Source: the human T2T-CHM13v2.0 reference genome, Homo sapiens
Length of the DNA: 64,000 nucleotides
Strand: one strand, 5' to 3'
NCBI RefSeq assembly: GCF_009914755.1
Contig: NC_060939.1
How positions within the stretch are numbered: the stretch's first letter is position 1; every line of letters starts with the position of its first letter. Shown here piece by piece: positions 26,941-40,530 of the stretch. The notes under the pieces were generated by a model. It made no database searches and was not told the origin of the DNA. It saw only the letters and a list, made by a program, of their open reading frames with translations. Both the position numbers and the translations under genes were made by a program.

Positions 26941-29900
26941 TTCCATTCCATTCCATTCCCTTTCATTCCATTCCATTTGATATCAATCCATTCGATTCCA
27001 TTCCATTCGAGCACATTCCATTCGAGTCCATTCCATTCGATGCCATTCCATTTGATTCTATTCCATTAGTCTCCATTCAATTCCATTAATCTCCATTCCA
27101 TTCCATTCTACTCCAACTGATTCCATTACATTCTATTCCTTTCCATTCCATTTCATTCCATTCCATTCCATTCCATTCCATTCCATTCGTGTCCATTCCA
27201 CTCCAGTCCATTCCATTCGTGTCCATTCCATTCCAGTCCATTCCATTTGTGTCCACTGCATTCCATTCCACTCCATTCCATATTATTCCATTACACTCCA
27301 TTCCATTCTATTACTTTCATTTCCATTCAATTCCATTCCATTTGATTCCATTCCACTCGGTTTCATTCCATTTGAGTCCACTCCATTCCATTCCATTCCA
27401 TTCCATTCAGTTCCATTCCATTCCGTTCCATTACATTCCATTCCATTCGGTACCATTCCATATTGTTCCATTCGATTCCATTCGAATCCATTCCATTCCA
27501 GTCCATTCCATTCGATTCCATTCCATTCATTTCAATTCCATTCCATTCCATTCCATTACATTCCACTTGATTCCTCTCCATTCCCTTCCACTGTATTCCG
27601 TTCGATTCCATTCCATTGCATTGCATTCCATTCCATTGGATTGCATTCCATTCGATTCCATTCCATTCGAATCAATTACATAGCAATCCATTACATTCGA
27701 GTCTATTCTATTCCGTTCCATTCGATTTCGTTCCAATCCATTCGATTCCATTCCATTCGATTCCATTCCATACTATTGCATTCCATTCTATTACATTATA
27801 TTCGAATAAGTTCCATTCAAGACCATTTCTTTTGAGTCCATTCTATTTGAGTCCATTCCCTTTGATTCCATAACATTTGAGTCCATTCAATTCCATTCCT
27901 TTCGTTTCCATTCCATTTGATGCCATTCCATTCAATTCTGTTCTACTCGACTCCAATACATTCAATTCCATTCCATCCGATTCCATTACATTCTTTTCAT
28001 TTCTTATCCATTTCAAGCCATTCCACTCCATTCCATTCCACTCGTTTCCTTTCCATTCGAGTCCATTCCTCTCCAGTCCATTCCGTTCAATCCATTCCAT
28101 TCCAGTCCATTCCATTCGAGTCCGTTCCATTCCAGTCCATTCCATTCGAGTCAATTCCATTCTATTCGATGTCTTTCCATAACGATCCATTCCATTATAT
28201 TCCTTTCGATTCCATTCCATTCTATTTCATTCCATTCGATTCCCTTCCATTGGACTCCTTTCCATTCGAGTGCATTCCATTCCGTTCCATTTCTTTCCGT
28301 TCTGTACGATTCCTACCGTTCGATTTCATTTTGTTCCAGTCCATTCTTTCGCGTCCATTCCATTCCATTTCACTCCATTCGATTCCATTCCACTCGATTC
28401 CACTTCGTTCCATTTCATTGCATTCCATTCTATTCAACTCTATTGCCTTCCATTCCATTCCATTCGATTACATTCCATGCGATTCCATTCGAAATCGAAT
28501 CAATTACATTGCAATCCATTACTATTGAGTCCGTTTTATTCCAGTCCACTGCATTCTGGTCCATTCCATTTGATTCCATTCCATTCTATTCCATTCCATA
28601 CAGTTGCATTCCATTGGATTCCATGCTATATCTATAAATTCAATTCGAGACCATTGCTTTTGAGTCCATTCTATATGATTCCATTCCATTCAAGTCCATT
28701 ACATTTGGTTCAATTCCATTCCATTCCATTCCCTTTCATTCCATTCCATTTGATATCAATCCATTCGATTCCATTCCATTCGAGCACATTCCATTCGAGT
28801 CCATTCCATTCGATGCCATTCCATTTGATTCTATTCCATTAGTCTCCATTCAATTCCATTAATCTCCATTCCATTCCATTCTACTCCAACTGATTCCATT
28901 ACATTCTATTCCTTTCCATTCCATTTCATTCCATTCCATTCCATTCCATTCCATTCCATTCCATTCCATTCGTGTCCATTCCACTCCAGTCCATTCCATT
29001 CGTGTCCATTCCATTCCAGTCCATTCCATTTGTGTCCACTGCATTCCATTCCACTCCATTCCATATTATTCCATTACACTCCATTCCATTCTATTACTTT
29101 CATTTCCATTCAATTCCATTCCATTTGATTCCATTCCACTCGGTTTCATTCCATTTGAGTCCACTCCATTCCATTCCATTCCATTCCATTCAGTTCCATT
29201 CCATTCCGTTCCATTACATTGCATTCCATTCGGTACCATTCCATATTGTTCCATTCGATTCCATTCGAATCCATTCCATTCCAGTCCATTCCATTCGATT
29301 CCATTCCATTCATTTCAATTCCATTCCATTCCATTCCATTCCATTCCACTTGATTCCTCTCCATTCCCTTCCACTGCATTCCGTTCGATTCCATTCCATT
29401 GCATTGCATTCCATTCCATTGGATTGCATTCCATTCGATTCCATTCCATTCGAATCAATTACATAGCAATCCATTACATTCGAGTCTATTCTATTCCGTT
29501 CCATTCGATTTCGTTCCAATCCATTCGATTCCATTCCATTCGATTCCATTCCATACTATTGCATTCCATTCGATTACATTATATTCGAATAAGTTCCATT
29601 CAAGACCATTTCTTTTGAGTCCATTCTATTTGAGTCCATTCCCTTTGATTCCATAACATTTGAGTCCATTCAATTCCACTCCTTTCGTTTCCATTCCATT
29701 TGATGCCATTCCATTCAATTCTGTTCTACTCGACTCCAATACATTCAATTCCATTCCATCCGATTCCATTACATTCTTTTCATTTCTTATCCATTTCAAG
29801 CCATTCCACTCCATTCCATTCCACTCGTTTCCTTTCCATTCGAGTCCATTCCTCTCCAGTCCATTCCATTCAATCCATTCCATTCCAGTCCATTCCATTC

Positions 29901-32900
29901 GAGTCCGTTCCATTCCAGTCCATTCCATTCGAGTCAATTCCATTCCATTCGATGTCTTTCCATAACGATCCATTCCCTTCTATTCCTTTCGATTCCATTC
30001 CATTCTATTTCATTCCATTCGATTCCCTTCCATTGGACTCCTTTGCATTCGAGTGCATTCCATTCCGTTCCATTTCTTTCCGTTCTGTACGATTCCTACC
30101 GTTCGATTTCATTTTGTTCCAGTCCATTCTTTCGCGTCCATTCCATTCCATTTCACTCCATTCGATTCCATTCCACTCGATTCCACTTCGTTCCATTTCA
30201 TTGCATTCCATTCTATTCAACTCTATTGCCTTCCATTCCATTCCATTCGATTACATTCCATGCGATTCCATTCGAAATCGAATCAATTACATTGCAATCC
30301 ATTACTATTGAGTCCGTTTTATTCCAGTCCACTGCATTCTGGTCCATTCCATTTGATTCCATTCCATTCTATTCCATTCCATACAGTTGCATTCCATTGG
30401 ATTCCATGCTATATCTATAAATTCAATTCGAGACCATTGCTTTTGAGTCCATTCTATATGATTCCATTCCATTCAAGTCCATTACATTTGGTTAAATTCC
30501 ATTCCATTCGGTTCAATTCCATTCCATTCCATTCCCTTCCATTCCATTCCAGTTGATATCAATCCATTCGATTTCATTCCATTCGAGCACATTCCATTCG
30601 AGTCCATTCCATTCGATGCCATTCCATTTGATTCTATTCCATTAGTCTCCATTCAATTCCATTAATCTCCATTCCATTCCATTCTACTCCAACTGATTCC
30701 ATTCCATTCTATTCCTTTCCATTCCATTTCATTCCATTCCATTCCATTCCATTCCATTCCATTCCATTCGTGTCCATTCCACTCCAGTCCATTCCATTCG
30801 TATCCATTCCATTCCAGTCCATTCCATTTGTGTCCACTGCATTCCATTCCACTCCATTCCATATTATTCCATTACACTCCATTCCATTCTATTACTTTCA
30901 TTTCCATTCGATTCCATTCCATTTGATTCCATTCCACTCGGTTTCATTCCATTTGAGTCCACTCCATTCCATTCCATTCCATTCAGTTCCATTCCATTCT
31001 GTTCCATTCCATTCCGTTCCATTACATTCCATTCCATTCGGTACCATTCCATATTGTTCCATTCGATTCCATTCGAATCCATTCCATTCCAGTCCATTCC
31101 ATTCGATTCCATTCCATTCATTTCATTTCCATTCCATTCCATTCCATTACATTCCACTTGATTCCTCTCCATTCCCTTCCACTGCATTCCGTTCGATTCC
31201 ATTCCATTGCATTGCATTCCATTCCATTGGATTGCATTCCATTCGATTCCATTCCATTCGAATCAATTACATAGCAATCCATTACATTCGAGTCTATTCT
31301 CTTCCGTTCCATTCGATTTCGTTCCAATCCATTCGATTCCATTCCATTCGATTCCATTCCATACTATTGCATTCCATTCGATTACATTATATTCGAATAA
31401 GTTCCATTCAAGACCATTTCTTTTGAGTCCATTCTATTTGAGTCCATTCCCTTTGATTCCATAACATTTGAGTCCATTCAATTCCATTCCTTTCGTTTCC
31501 ATTCCATTTGATGCCATTCCATTCAATTCTGTTCTACTCGACTCCAATACATTCAATTCCATTCCATCCGATTCCATTACATTCTTTTCATTTCTTATCC
31601 ATTTCAAGCCATTCCACTCCATTCCATTCCACTCGTTTCCTTTCCATTCGAGTCCATTCCTCTCCAGTCCATTCCGTTCAATCCATTCCATTCCAGTCCA
31701 TTCCATTCGAGTCCGTTCCATTCCAGTCCATTCCATTCGAGTCAATTCCATTCCATTCGATGTCTTTCCATAACGATCCATTCCATTCTATTCCTTTCGA
31801 TTCCATTCCATTCTATTTCATTCCATTCGATTCCCTTCCATTGGACTCCTTTCCATTCGAGTGCATTCCATTCCGTTCCATTTCTTTCCGTTCTGTACGA
31901 TTCCTACCGTTCGATTTCATTTTGTTCCAGTCCATTCTTTCGCGTCCATTCCATTCCATTTCACTCCATTCGATTCCATTCCACTCGATTCCACTTCGTT
32001 CCATTTCATTGCATTCCATTCTATTCAACTCTATTGCCTTCCATTCCATTCCATTCGATTACATTCCATGCGATTCCATTCGAAATCGAATCAATTACAT
32101 TGCAATCCATTACTATTGAGTCCGTTTTATTCCAGTCCACTGCATTCTGGTCCATTCCATTTGATTCCATTCCATTCTATTCCATTCCATACAGTTGCAT
32201 TCCATTGGATTCCATGCTATATCTATAAATTCAATTCGAGACCATTGCTTTTGAGTCCATTCTATATGATTCCATTCCATTCAAGTCCATTACATTTGGT
32301 TAAATTCCATTCCATTCGGTTCAATTCCATTCCATTCCATTCCCTTCCATTCCATTCCAGTTGATATCAATCCATTCGATTCCATTCCATTCGAGCACAT
32401 TCCATTCGAGTCCATTCCATTCGATGCCATTCCATTTGATTCTATTCCATTAGTCTCCATTCAATTCCATTAATCTCCATTCCATTCCATTCTACTCCAA
32501 CTGATTCCATTCCATTCTATTCCTTTCCATTCCATTTCATTCCATTCCATTCCATTCCATTCCATTCCATTCCATTCGTGTCCATTCCACTCCAGTCCAT
32601 TCCATTCGTATCCATTCCATTCCAGTCCATTCCATTTGTGTCCACTGCATTCCATTCCACTCCATTCCATATTATTCCATTACACTCCATTCCATTCTAT
32701 TACTTTCATTTCCATTCAATTCCATTCCATTTGATTCCATTCCACTCGGTTTCATTCCATTTGAGTCCACTCCATTCCATTCCATTCCATTCAGTTCCAT
32801 TCCATTCTGTTCCATTCCATTCCGTTCCATTACATTCCATTCCATTCGGTACCATTCCATATTGTTCCATTCGATTCCATTCGAATCCATTCCATTCCAG

Positions 32901-35900
32901 TCCATTCCATTCGATTCCATTCCATTCATTTCAATTCCATTCCATTCCATTCCATTTCATTCCACTTGATTCCTCTCCATTCCCTTCCACTGCATTCCGT
33001 TCGATTCCATTCCATTGCATTGCATTCCATTCCATTGGATTGCATTCCATTCGATTCCATTCCATTCGAATCAATTACATAGCAATCCATTACATTCGAG
33101 TCTATTCTCTTCCGTTCCATTCGATTTCGTTCCAATCCATTCGATTCCATTCCATTCGATTCCATTCCATACTATTGCATTCCATTCGATTACATTATAT
33201 TCGAATAAGTTCCATTCAAGACCATTTCTTTTGAGTCCATTCTATTTGAGTTCATTCCCTTTGATTCCATAACATTTGAGTCCATTCAATTCCATTCCTT
33301 TCGTTTCCATTCCATTTGATGCCATTCCATTCAATTCTGTTCTACTCGACTCCAATACATTCAATTCCATTCCATCCGATTCCATTACATTCTTTTCATT
33401 TCTTATCCATTTCAAGCCATTCCACTCCATTCCATTCCACTCGTTTCCTTTCCATTCGAGTCCATTCCTCTCCAGTCCATTCCGTTCAATCCATTCCATT
33501 CCAGTCCATTCCATTCGAGTCCGTTCCATTACAGTCCATTCCATTCGAGTCAATTCCATTCCATTCGATGTCTTTCCATAACGATCCATTCCATTCTATT
33601 CCTTTCGATTCCATTCCATTCTATTTCATTCCATTCGATTCCCTTCCATTGGACTCCTTTCCATTCGAGTGCATTCCATTCCGTTCCATTTCTTTCCGTT
33701 CTGTACGATTCCTACCGTTCGATTTCATTTTGTTCCAGTCCATTCTTTCGCGTCCATTCCATTCCATTTCACTCCATTCGATTCCATTCCACTCGATTCC
33801 ACTTCGTTCCATTTCATTGCATTCCATTCTATTCAACTCTATTGCCTTCCATTCCATTCCATTCGATTACATTCCATGTGATTCCATTCGAAATTGAATC
33901 AATTACATTGCAATCCATTACTATTGAGTCCGTTTTATTCCAGTCCACTGCATTCTGGTCCATTCCATTTGATTCCATTCCATTCTATTCCATTCCATAC
34001 AGTTGCATTCCATTGGATTCCATGCTATATCTATAAATTCAATTCGAGACCATTGCTTTTGAGTCCATTCTATATGATTCCATTCCATTTAAGTCCATTA
34101 CATTTGGTTCAATTCCATTCCATTCGGTTCAATTCCATTCCATTCCATTCCCTTCCATTCCATTCCAGTTGATATCAATCCATTCGATTCCATTCCATTC
34201 GAGCACATTCCATTCGAGTCCATTCCATTCGATGCCATTCCATTTGATTCTATTCCATTAGTCTCCATTCAATTCCATTAATCTCCATTCCATTCCATTC
34301 TACTCCAACTGATTCCATTCCATTCTATTCCTTTCCATTCCATTTCATTCCATTCCATTCCATTCCATTCCATTCCATTCCATTCGTGTCCATTCCACTC
34401 CAGTCCATTCCATTCGTATCCATTCCATTCCAGTCCATTCCATTTGTGTCCACTGCATTCCATTCCACTCCATTCCATATTATTCCATTACACTCCATTC
34501 CATTCTATTACTTTCATTTCCATTCAATTCCATTCCATTTGATTCCATTCCACTCGGTTTCATTCCATTTGAGTCCACTCCATTCCATTCCATTCCATTC
34601 AGTTCCATTCCATTCTGTTCCATTCCATTCCGTTCCATTACATTCCATTCCATTCGGTACCATTCCATATTGTTCCATTCGATTCCATTCGAATCCATTC
34701 CATTCCAGTCCATTCCATTCGATTCCATTCCATTCATTTCAATTCCATTCCATTACATTCCATTCCATTCCACTTGATTCCTCTCCATTCCCTTCCACTG
34801 CATTCCGTTCGATTCCATTCCATTGCATTGCATTCCATTCCATTGGATTGCATTCCATTCGATTCCATTCCATTCGAATCAATTACATAGCAATCCATTA
34901 CATTCGAGTCTATTCTCTTCCGTTCCATTCGATTTCGTTCCAATCCATTCGATTCCATTCCATTCGATTCCATTCCATACTATTGCATTCCATTCGATTA
35001 CATTATATTCGAATAAGTTCCATTCAAGACCATTTCTTTTGAGTCCATTCTATTTGAGTCCATTCCCTTTGATTCCATAACATTTGAGTCCATTCAATTC
35101 CATTCCTTTCGTTTCCATTCCATTTGATGCCATTCCATTCAATTCTGTTCTACTCGACTCCAATACATTCAATTCCATTCCATCCGATTCCATTACATTC
35201 TTTTCATTTCTTATCCATTTCAAGCCATTCCACTCCATTCCATTCCACCCGTTTCCTTTCCATTCGAGTCCATTCCTCTCCAGTCCATTCCGTTCAATCC
35301 ATTCCATTCCAGTCCGTTCCATTCGAGTCCGTTCCATTCCAGTCCATTCCATTCGAGTCAATTCCATTCCATTCGATGTCTTTCCATAACGATCCATTCC
35401 ATTCTATTCCTTTCGATTCCATTCCATTCTATTTCATTCCATTCGATTCCCTTCCATTGGACTCCTTTCCATTCGAGTGCATTCCATTCCGTTCCATTTC
35501 TTTCCGTTCTGTACGATTCCTACCGTTCGATTTCATTTTGTTCCAGTCCATTCTTTCGCGTCCATTCCATTCCATTTCACTCCATTCGATTCCATTCCAC
35601 TCGATTCCACTTCGTTCCATTTCATTGCATTCCATTCTATTCAACTCTATTGCCTTCCATTCCATTCCATTCGATTACATTCCATGCGATTCCATTCGAA
35701 ATCGAATCAATTACATTGCAATCCATTACTATTGAGTCCGTTTTATTCCAGTCCACTGAATTCTGGTCCAATCCATTTGATTCCATTCCATTCTATTCCA
35801 TTCCATACAGTTGCATTCCATTGGATTCCATGCTATATCTATAAATTCAATTCGAGACCATTGCTTTTGAGTCCATTCTATATGATTCCATTCCATTCAA

Positions 35901-38900
35901 GTCCATTACATTTGGTTAAATTCCATTCCATTCGCTTCAATTCCATTCCATTCCATTCCCTTCCATTCCATTCCAGTTGATATCAATCCATTCGATTCCA
36001 TTCCATTCGAGCACATTCCATTCGAGTCCATTCCATTCGATGCCATTCCATTTGATTCTATTCCATTAGTCTCCATTCAATTCCATTAATCTCCATTCCA
36101 TTCCATTCTACTCCAACTGATTCCATTCCATTCTATTCCTTTCCATTCCATTTCATTCCATTCCATTCCATTCCATTCCATTCCATTCGTGTCCATTCCA
36201 CTCCAGTCCATTCCATTCGTATCCATTCCATTCCAGTCCATTCCATTTGTGTCCACTGCATTCCATTCCACTCCATTCCATATTATTCCATTACACTCCA
36301 TTCCATTCTATTACTTTCATTTCCATTCAATTCCATTCCATTTGATTCCATTCCACTCGGTTTCATTCCATTTGAGTCCACTCCATTCCATTCCATTCCA
36401 TTCAGTTCCATTCCATTCTGTTCCATTCCATTCCGTTCCATTACATTCCATTCCATTCGGTACCATTCCATATTGTTCCATTCGATTCCATTCGAATCCA
36501 TTCCATTCCAGTCCATTCCATTCGATTCCATTCCATTCATTTCAATTCCATTCCATTCCATTCCATTCCATTCCACTTGATTCCTCTCCATTCCCTTCCA
36601 CTGCATTCCGTTCGATTCCATTCCATTGCATTGCATTCCATTCCATTGGATTGCATTCCATTCGATTCCATTCCATTCGAATCAATTACATAGCAATCCA
36701 TTACATTCGAGTCTATTCTCTTCCGTTCCATTCGATTTCGTTCCAATCCATTCGATTCCATTCCATTCGATTCCATTCCATACTATTGCATTCCATTCGA
36801 TTACATTATATTCGAATAAGTTCCATTCAAGACCATTTCTTTTGAGTCCATTCTATTTGAGTCCATTCCCTTTGATTCCATAACATTTGAGTCCATTCAA
36901 TTCCATTCCTTTCGTTTCCATTCCATTTGATGCCATTCCATTCAATTCTGTTCTACTCGACTCCAATACATTCAATTCCATTCCATCCGATTCCATTACA
37001 TTCTTTTCATTTCTTATCCATTTCAAGCCATTCCACTCCATTCCATTCCACTCGTTTCCTTTCCATTCGAGTCCATTCCTCTCCAGTCCATTCCGTTCAA
37101 TCCATTCCATTCCAGTCCATTCCATTCGAGTCCGTTCCATTCCAGTCCATTCCATTCGAGTCAATTCCATTCCATTCGATGTCTTTCCATAACGATCCAT
37201 TCCATTCTATTCCTTTCGATTCCATTCCATTCTATTTCATTCCATTCGATTCCCTTCCATTGGACTCCTTTCCATTCGAGTGCATTCCATTCCGTTCCAT
37301 TTCTTTCCGTTCTGTACGATTCCTACCGTTCGATTTCATTTTGTTCCAGTCCATTCTTTCGCGTCCATTCCATTCCATTTCACTCCATTCGATTCCATTC
37401 CACTCGATTCCACTTCGTTCCATTTCATTGCATTCCATTCTATTCAACTCTATTGCCTTCCATTCCATTCCATTCGATTACATTCCATGCGATTCCATTC
37501 GAAATCGAATCAATTACATTGCAATCCATTACTATTGAGTCCGTTTTATTCCAGTCCACTGCATTCTGGTCCATTCCATTTGATTCCATTCCATTCTATT
37601 CCATTCCATACAGTTGCATTCCATTGGATTCCATGCTATATCTATAAATTCAATTCGAGACCATTGCTTTTGAGTCCATTCTATATGATTCCATTCCATT
37701 CAAGTCCATTACATTTGGTTAAATTCCATTCCATTCGGTTCAATTCCATTCCATTCCATTCCCTTCCATTCCATTCCAGTTGATATCAATCCATTCGATT
37801 CCATTCCATTCGAGCACATTCCATTCGAGTCCATTCCATTCGATGCCATTCCATTTGATTCTATTCCATTAGTCTCCATTCAATTCCATTAATCTCCATT
37901 CCATTCCATTCTACTCCAACTGATTCCATTCCATTCTATTCCTTTCCATTCCATTTCATTCCATTCCATTCCATTCCATTCCATTCCATTCCATTCGTGT
38001 CCATTCCACTCCAGTCCATTCCATTCGTATCCATTCCATTCCAGTCCATTCCATTTGTGTCCACTGCATTCCATTCCACTCCATTCCATATTATTCCATT
38101 ACACTCCATTCCATTCTATTACTTTCATTTCCATTCAATTCCATTCCATTTGATTCCATTCCACTCGGTTTCATTCCATTTGAGTCCACTCCATTCCATT
38201 CCATTCCATTCAGTTCCATTCCATTCTGTTCCATTCCATTCCGTTCCATTACATTCCATTCCATTCGGTACCATTCCATATTGTTCCATTCGATTCCATT
38301 CGAATCCATTCCATTCCAGTCCATTCCATTCGATTCCATTCCATTCCTTTCAATTCCATTCCATTCCATTCCATTACATTCCACTTGATTCCTCTCCATT
38401 CCTTTCCACTGCATTCCGTTCGATTCCATTCCATTGCATTGCATTCCATTCCATTGGATTGCATTCCATTCGATTCCATTCCATTCGAATCAATTACATA
38501 GCAATCCATTACATTCGAGTCTATTCTCTTCCGTTCCATTCGATTTCGTTCCAATCCATTCGATTCCATTCCATTCGATTCCATTCCATACTATTGCATT
38601 CCATTCGATTACATTATATTCGAATAAGTTCCATTCAAGACCATTTCTTTTGAGTCCATTCTATTTGAGTCCATTCCCTTTGATTCCATAACATTTGAGT
38701 CCATTCAATTCCATTCCTTTCGTTTCCATTCCATTTGATGCCATTCCATTCAATTCTGTTCTACTCGACTCCAATACATTCAATTCCATTCCATCCGATT
38801 CCATTACATTCTTTTCATTTCTTATCCATTTCAAGCCATTCCACTCCATTCCATTCCACTCGTTTCCTTTCCATTCGAGTCCATTCCTCTCCAGTCCATT

Positions 38901-39780
38901 CCGTTCAATCCATTCCATTCCAGTCCATTCCATTCGAGTCCGTTCCATTCCAGTCCATTCCATTCGAGTCAATTCCATTCCATTCGATGTCTTTCCATAA
39001 CGATCCATTCCATTCTATTCCTTTCGATTCCATTCCATTCTATTTCATTCCATTCGATTCCCTTCCATTGGACTCCTTTCCATTCGAGTGCATTCCATTC
39101 CGTTCCATTTCTTTCCGTTCTGTACGATTCCTACCGTTCGATTTCATTTTGTTCCAGTCCATTCCTTTCGCGTCCATTCCATTCCATTTCACTCCATTCG
39201 ATTCCATTCCACTCGATTCCACTTCGTTCCATTTCATTGCATTCCATTCTATTCAACTCTATTGCCTTCCATTCCATTCCATTCGATTACATTCCATGCG
39301 ATTCCATTCGAAATCGAATCAATTACATTGCAAACCATTACTATTGAGTCCGTTTTATTCCAGTCCACTGCATTCTGGTCCATTCCATTTGATTCCATTC
39401 CATTCTATTCCATTCCATACAGTTGCATTCCATTGGATTCCATGCTATATCTATAAATTCAATTCGAGACCATTGCTTTTGAGTCCATTCTATATGATTC
39501 CATTCCATTCAAGTCCATTACATTTGGTTAAATTCCATTCCATTCCATTCCCTTTCATTCCATTCCATTTGATATCAATCCATTCGATTCCATTCCATTC
39601 GAGCACATTCCATTCGAGTCCATTCCATTCGATGCCATTCCATTTGATTCTATTCCATTAGTCTCCATTCAATTCCATTAATCTCCATTCCATTCCATTC
39701 TACTCCAACTGATTCCATTACATTCTATTCCTTTCCATTCCATTTCATTCCATTCCATTCCATTCCATTCCATTCCATTC

Positions 39781-40530
39781 GTGTCCATTCCACTCCAGTC
39801 CATTCCATTCGTGTCCATTCCATTCCAGTTCATTCCATTTGTGTCCACTGCATTCCATTCCACTCCATTCCATATTATTCCATTACACTCCATTCCATTC
39901 TATTACTTTCATTTCCATTCAATTCCATTCCATTTGATTCCATTCCACTCGGTTTCATTCCATTTGAGTCCACTCCATTCCATTCCATTCCATTCCATTC
40001 AGTTCCATTCCATTCCGTTCCATTACATCCATTCCATTCGGTACCATTCCATATTGTTCCATTCGATTCCATTCGAATCCATTCCATTCCAGTCCATTCC
40101 ATTCGATTCCATTCCATTCATTTCAATTCCATTCCATTCCATTCCATTCCATTCGTGTCCATTCCACTCCAGTCCATTCTATTCGTATCCATTCCATTCC
40201 AATCCATTCCATTTGTGTCCACTGCATTCCATTCCACTCCATTTCATATTATTCCATTACACTCCATTCCATTCTATTACTTTCATTTCCATTCAATTCC
40301 ATTCCATTTGATTCCATTCCACTCGGTTTCATTCCATTTGAGTCCACTCCATTCCATTCCATTCCATTCAGTTCCATTCCATTCTGTTCCATTCCATTCC
40401 GTTCCATTACATTCCATTCCATTCGGTACCATTCCATATTGTTCCATCCGATTCCATTCGAATCCATTCCATTCCAGTCCATTCCATTCGATTCCATTCC
40501 ATTCATTTCAATTCCATTCCATTCCATTCC
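39781..40530 (+). repeat. Internal ~374-bp tandem duplication creating a 2158-bp variant unit (copy 1)
   Basis: The GTGTCC...GGTACC...TTTCAATTCC segment starts at 39781 and again at 40155. KpnI sites at 40040 and 40425 are only 385 bp apart. Confidence 0.93.
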
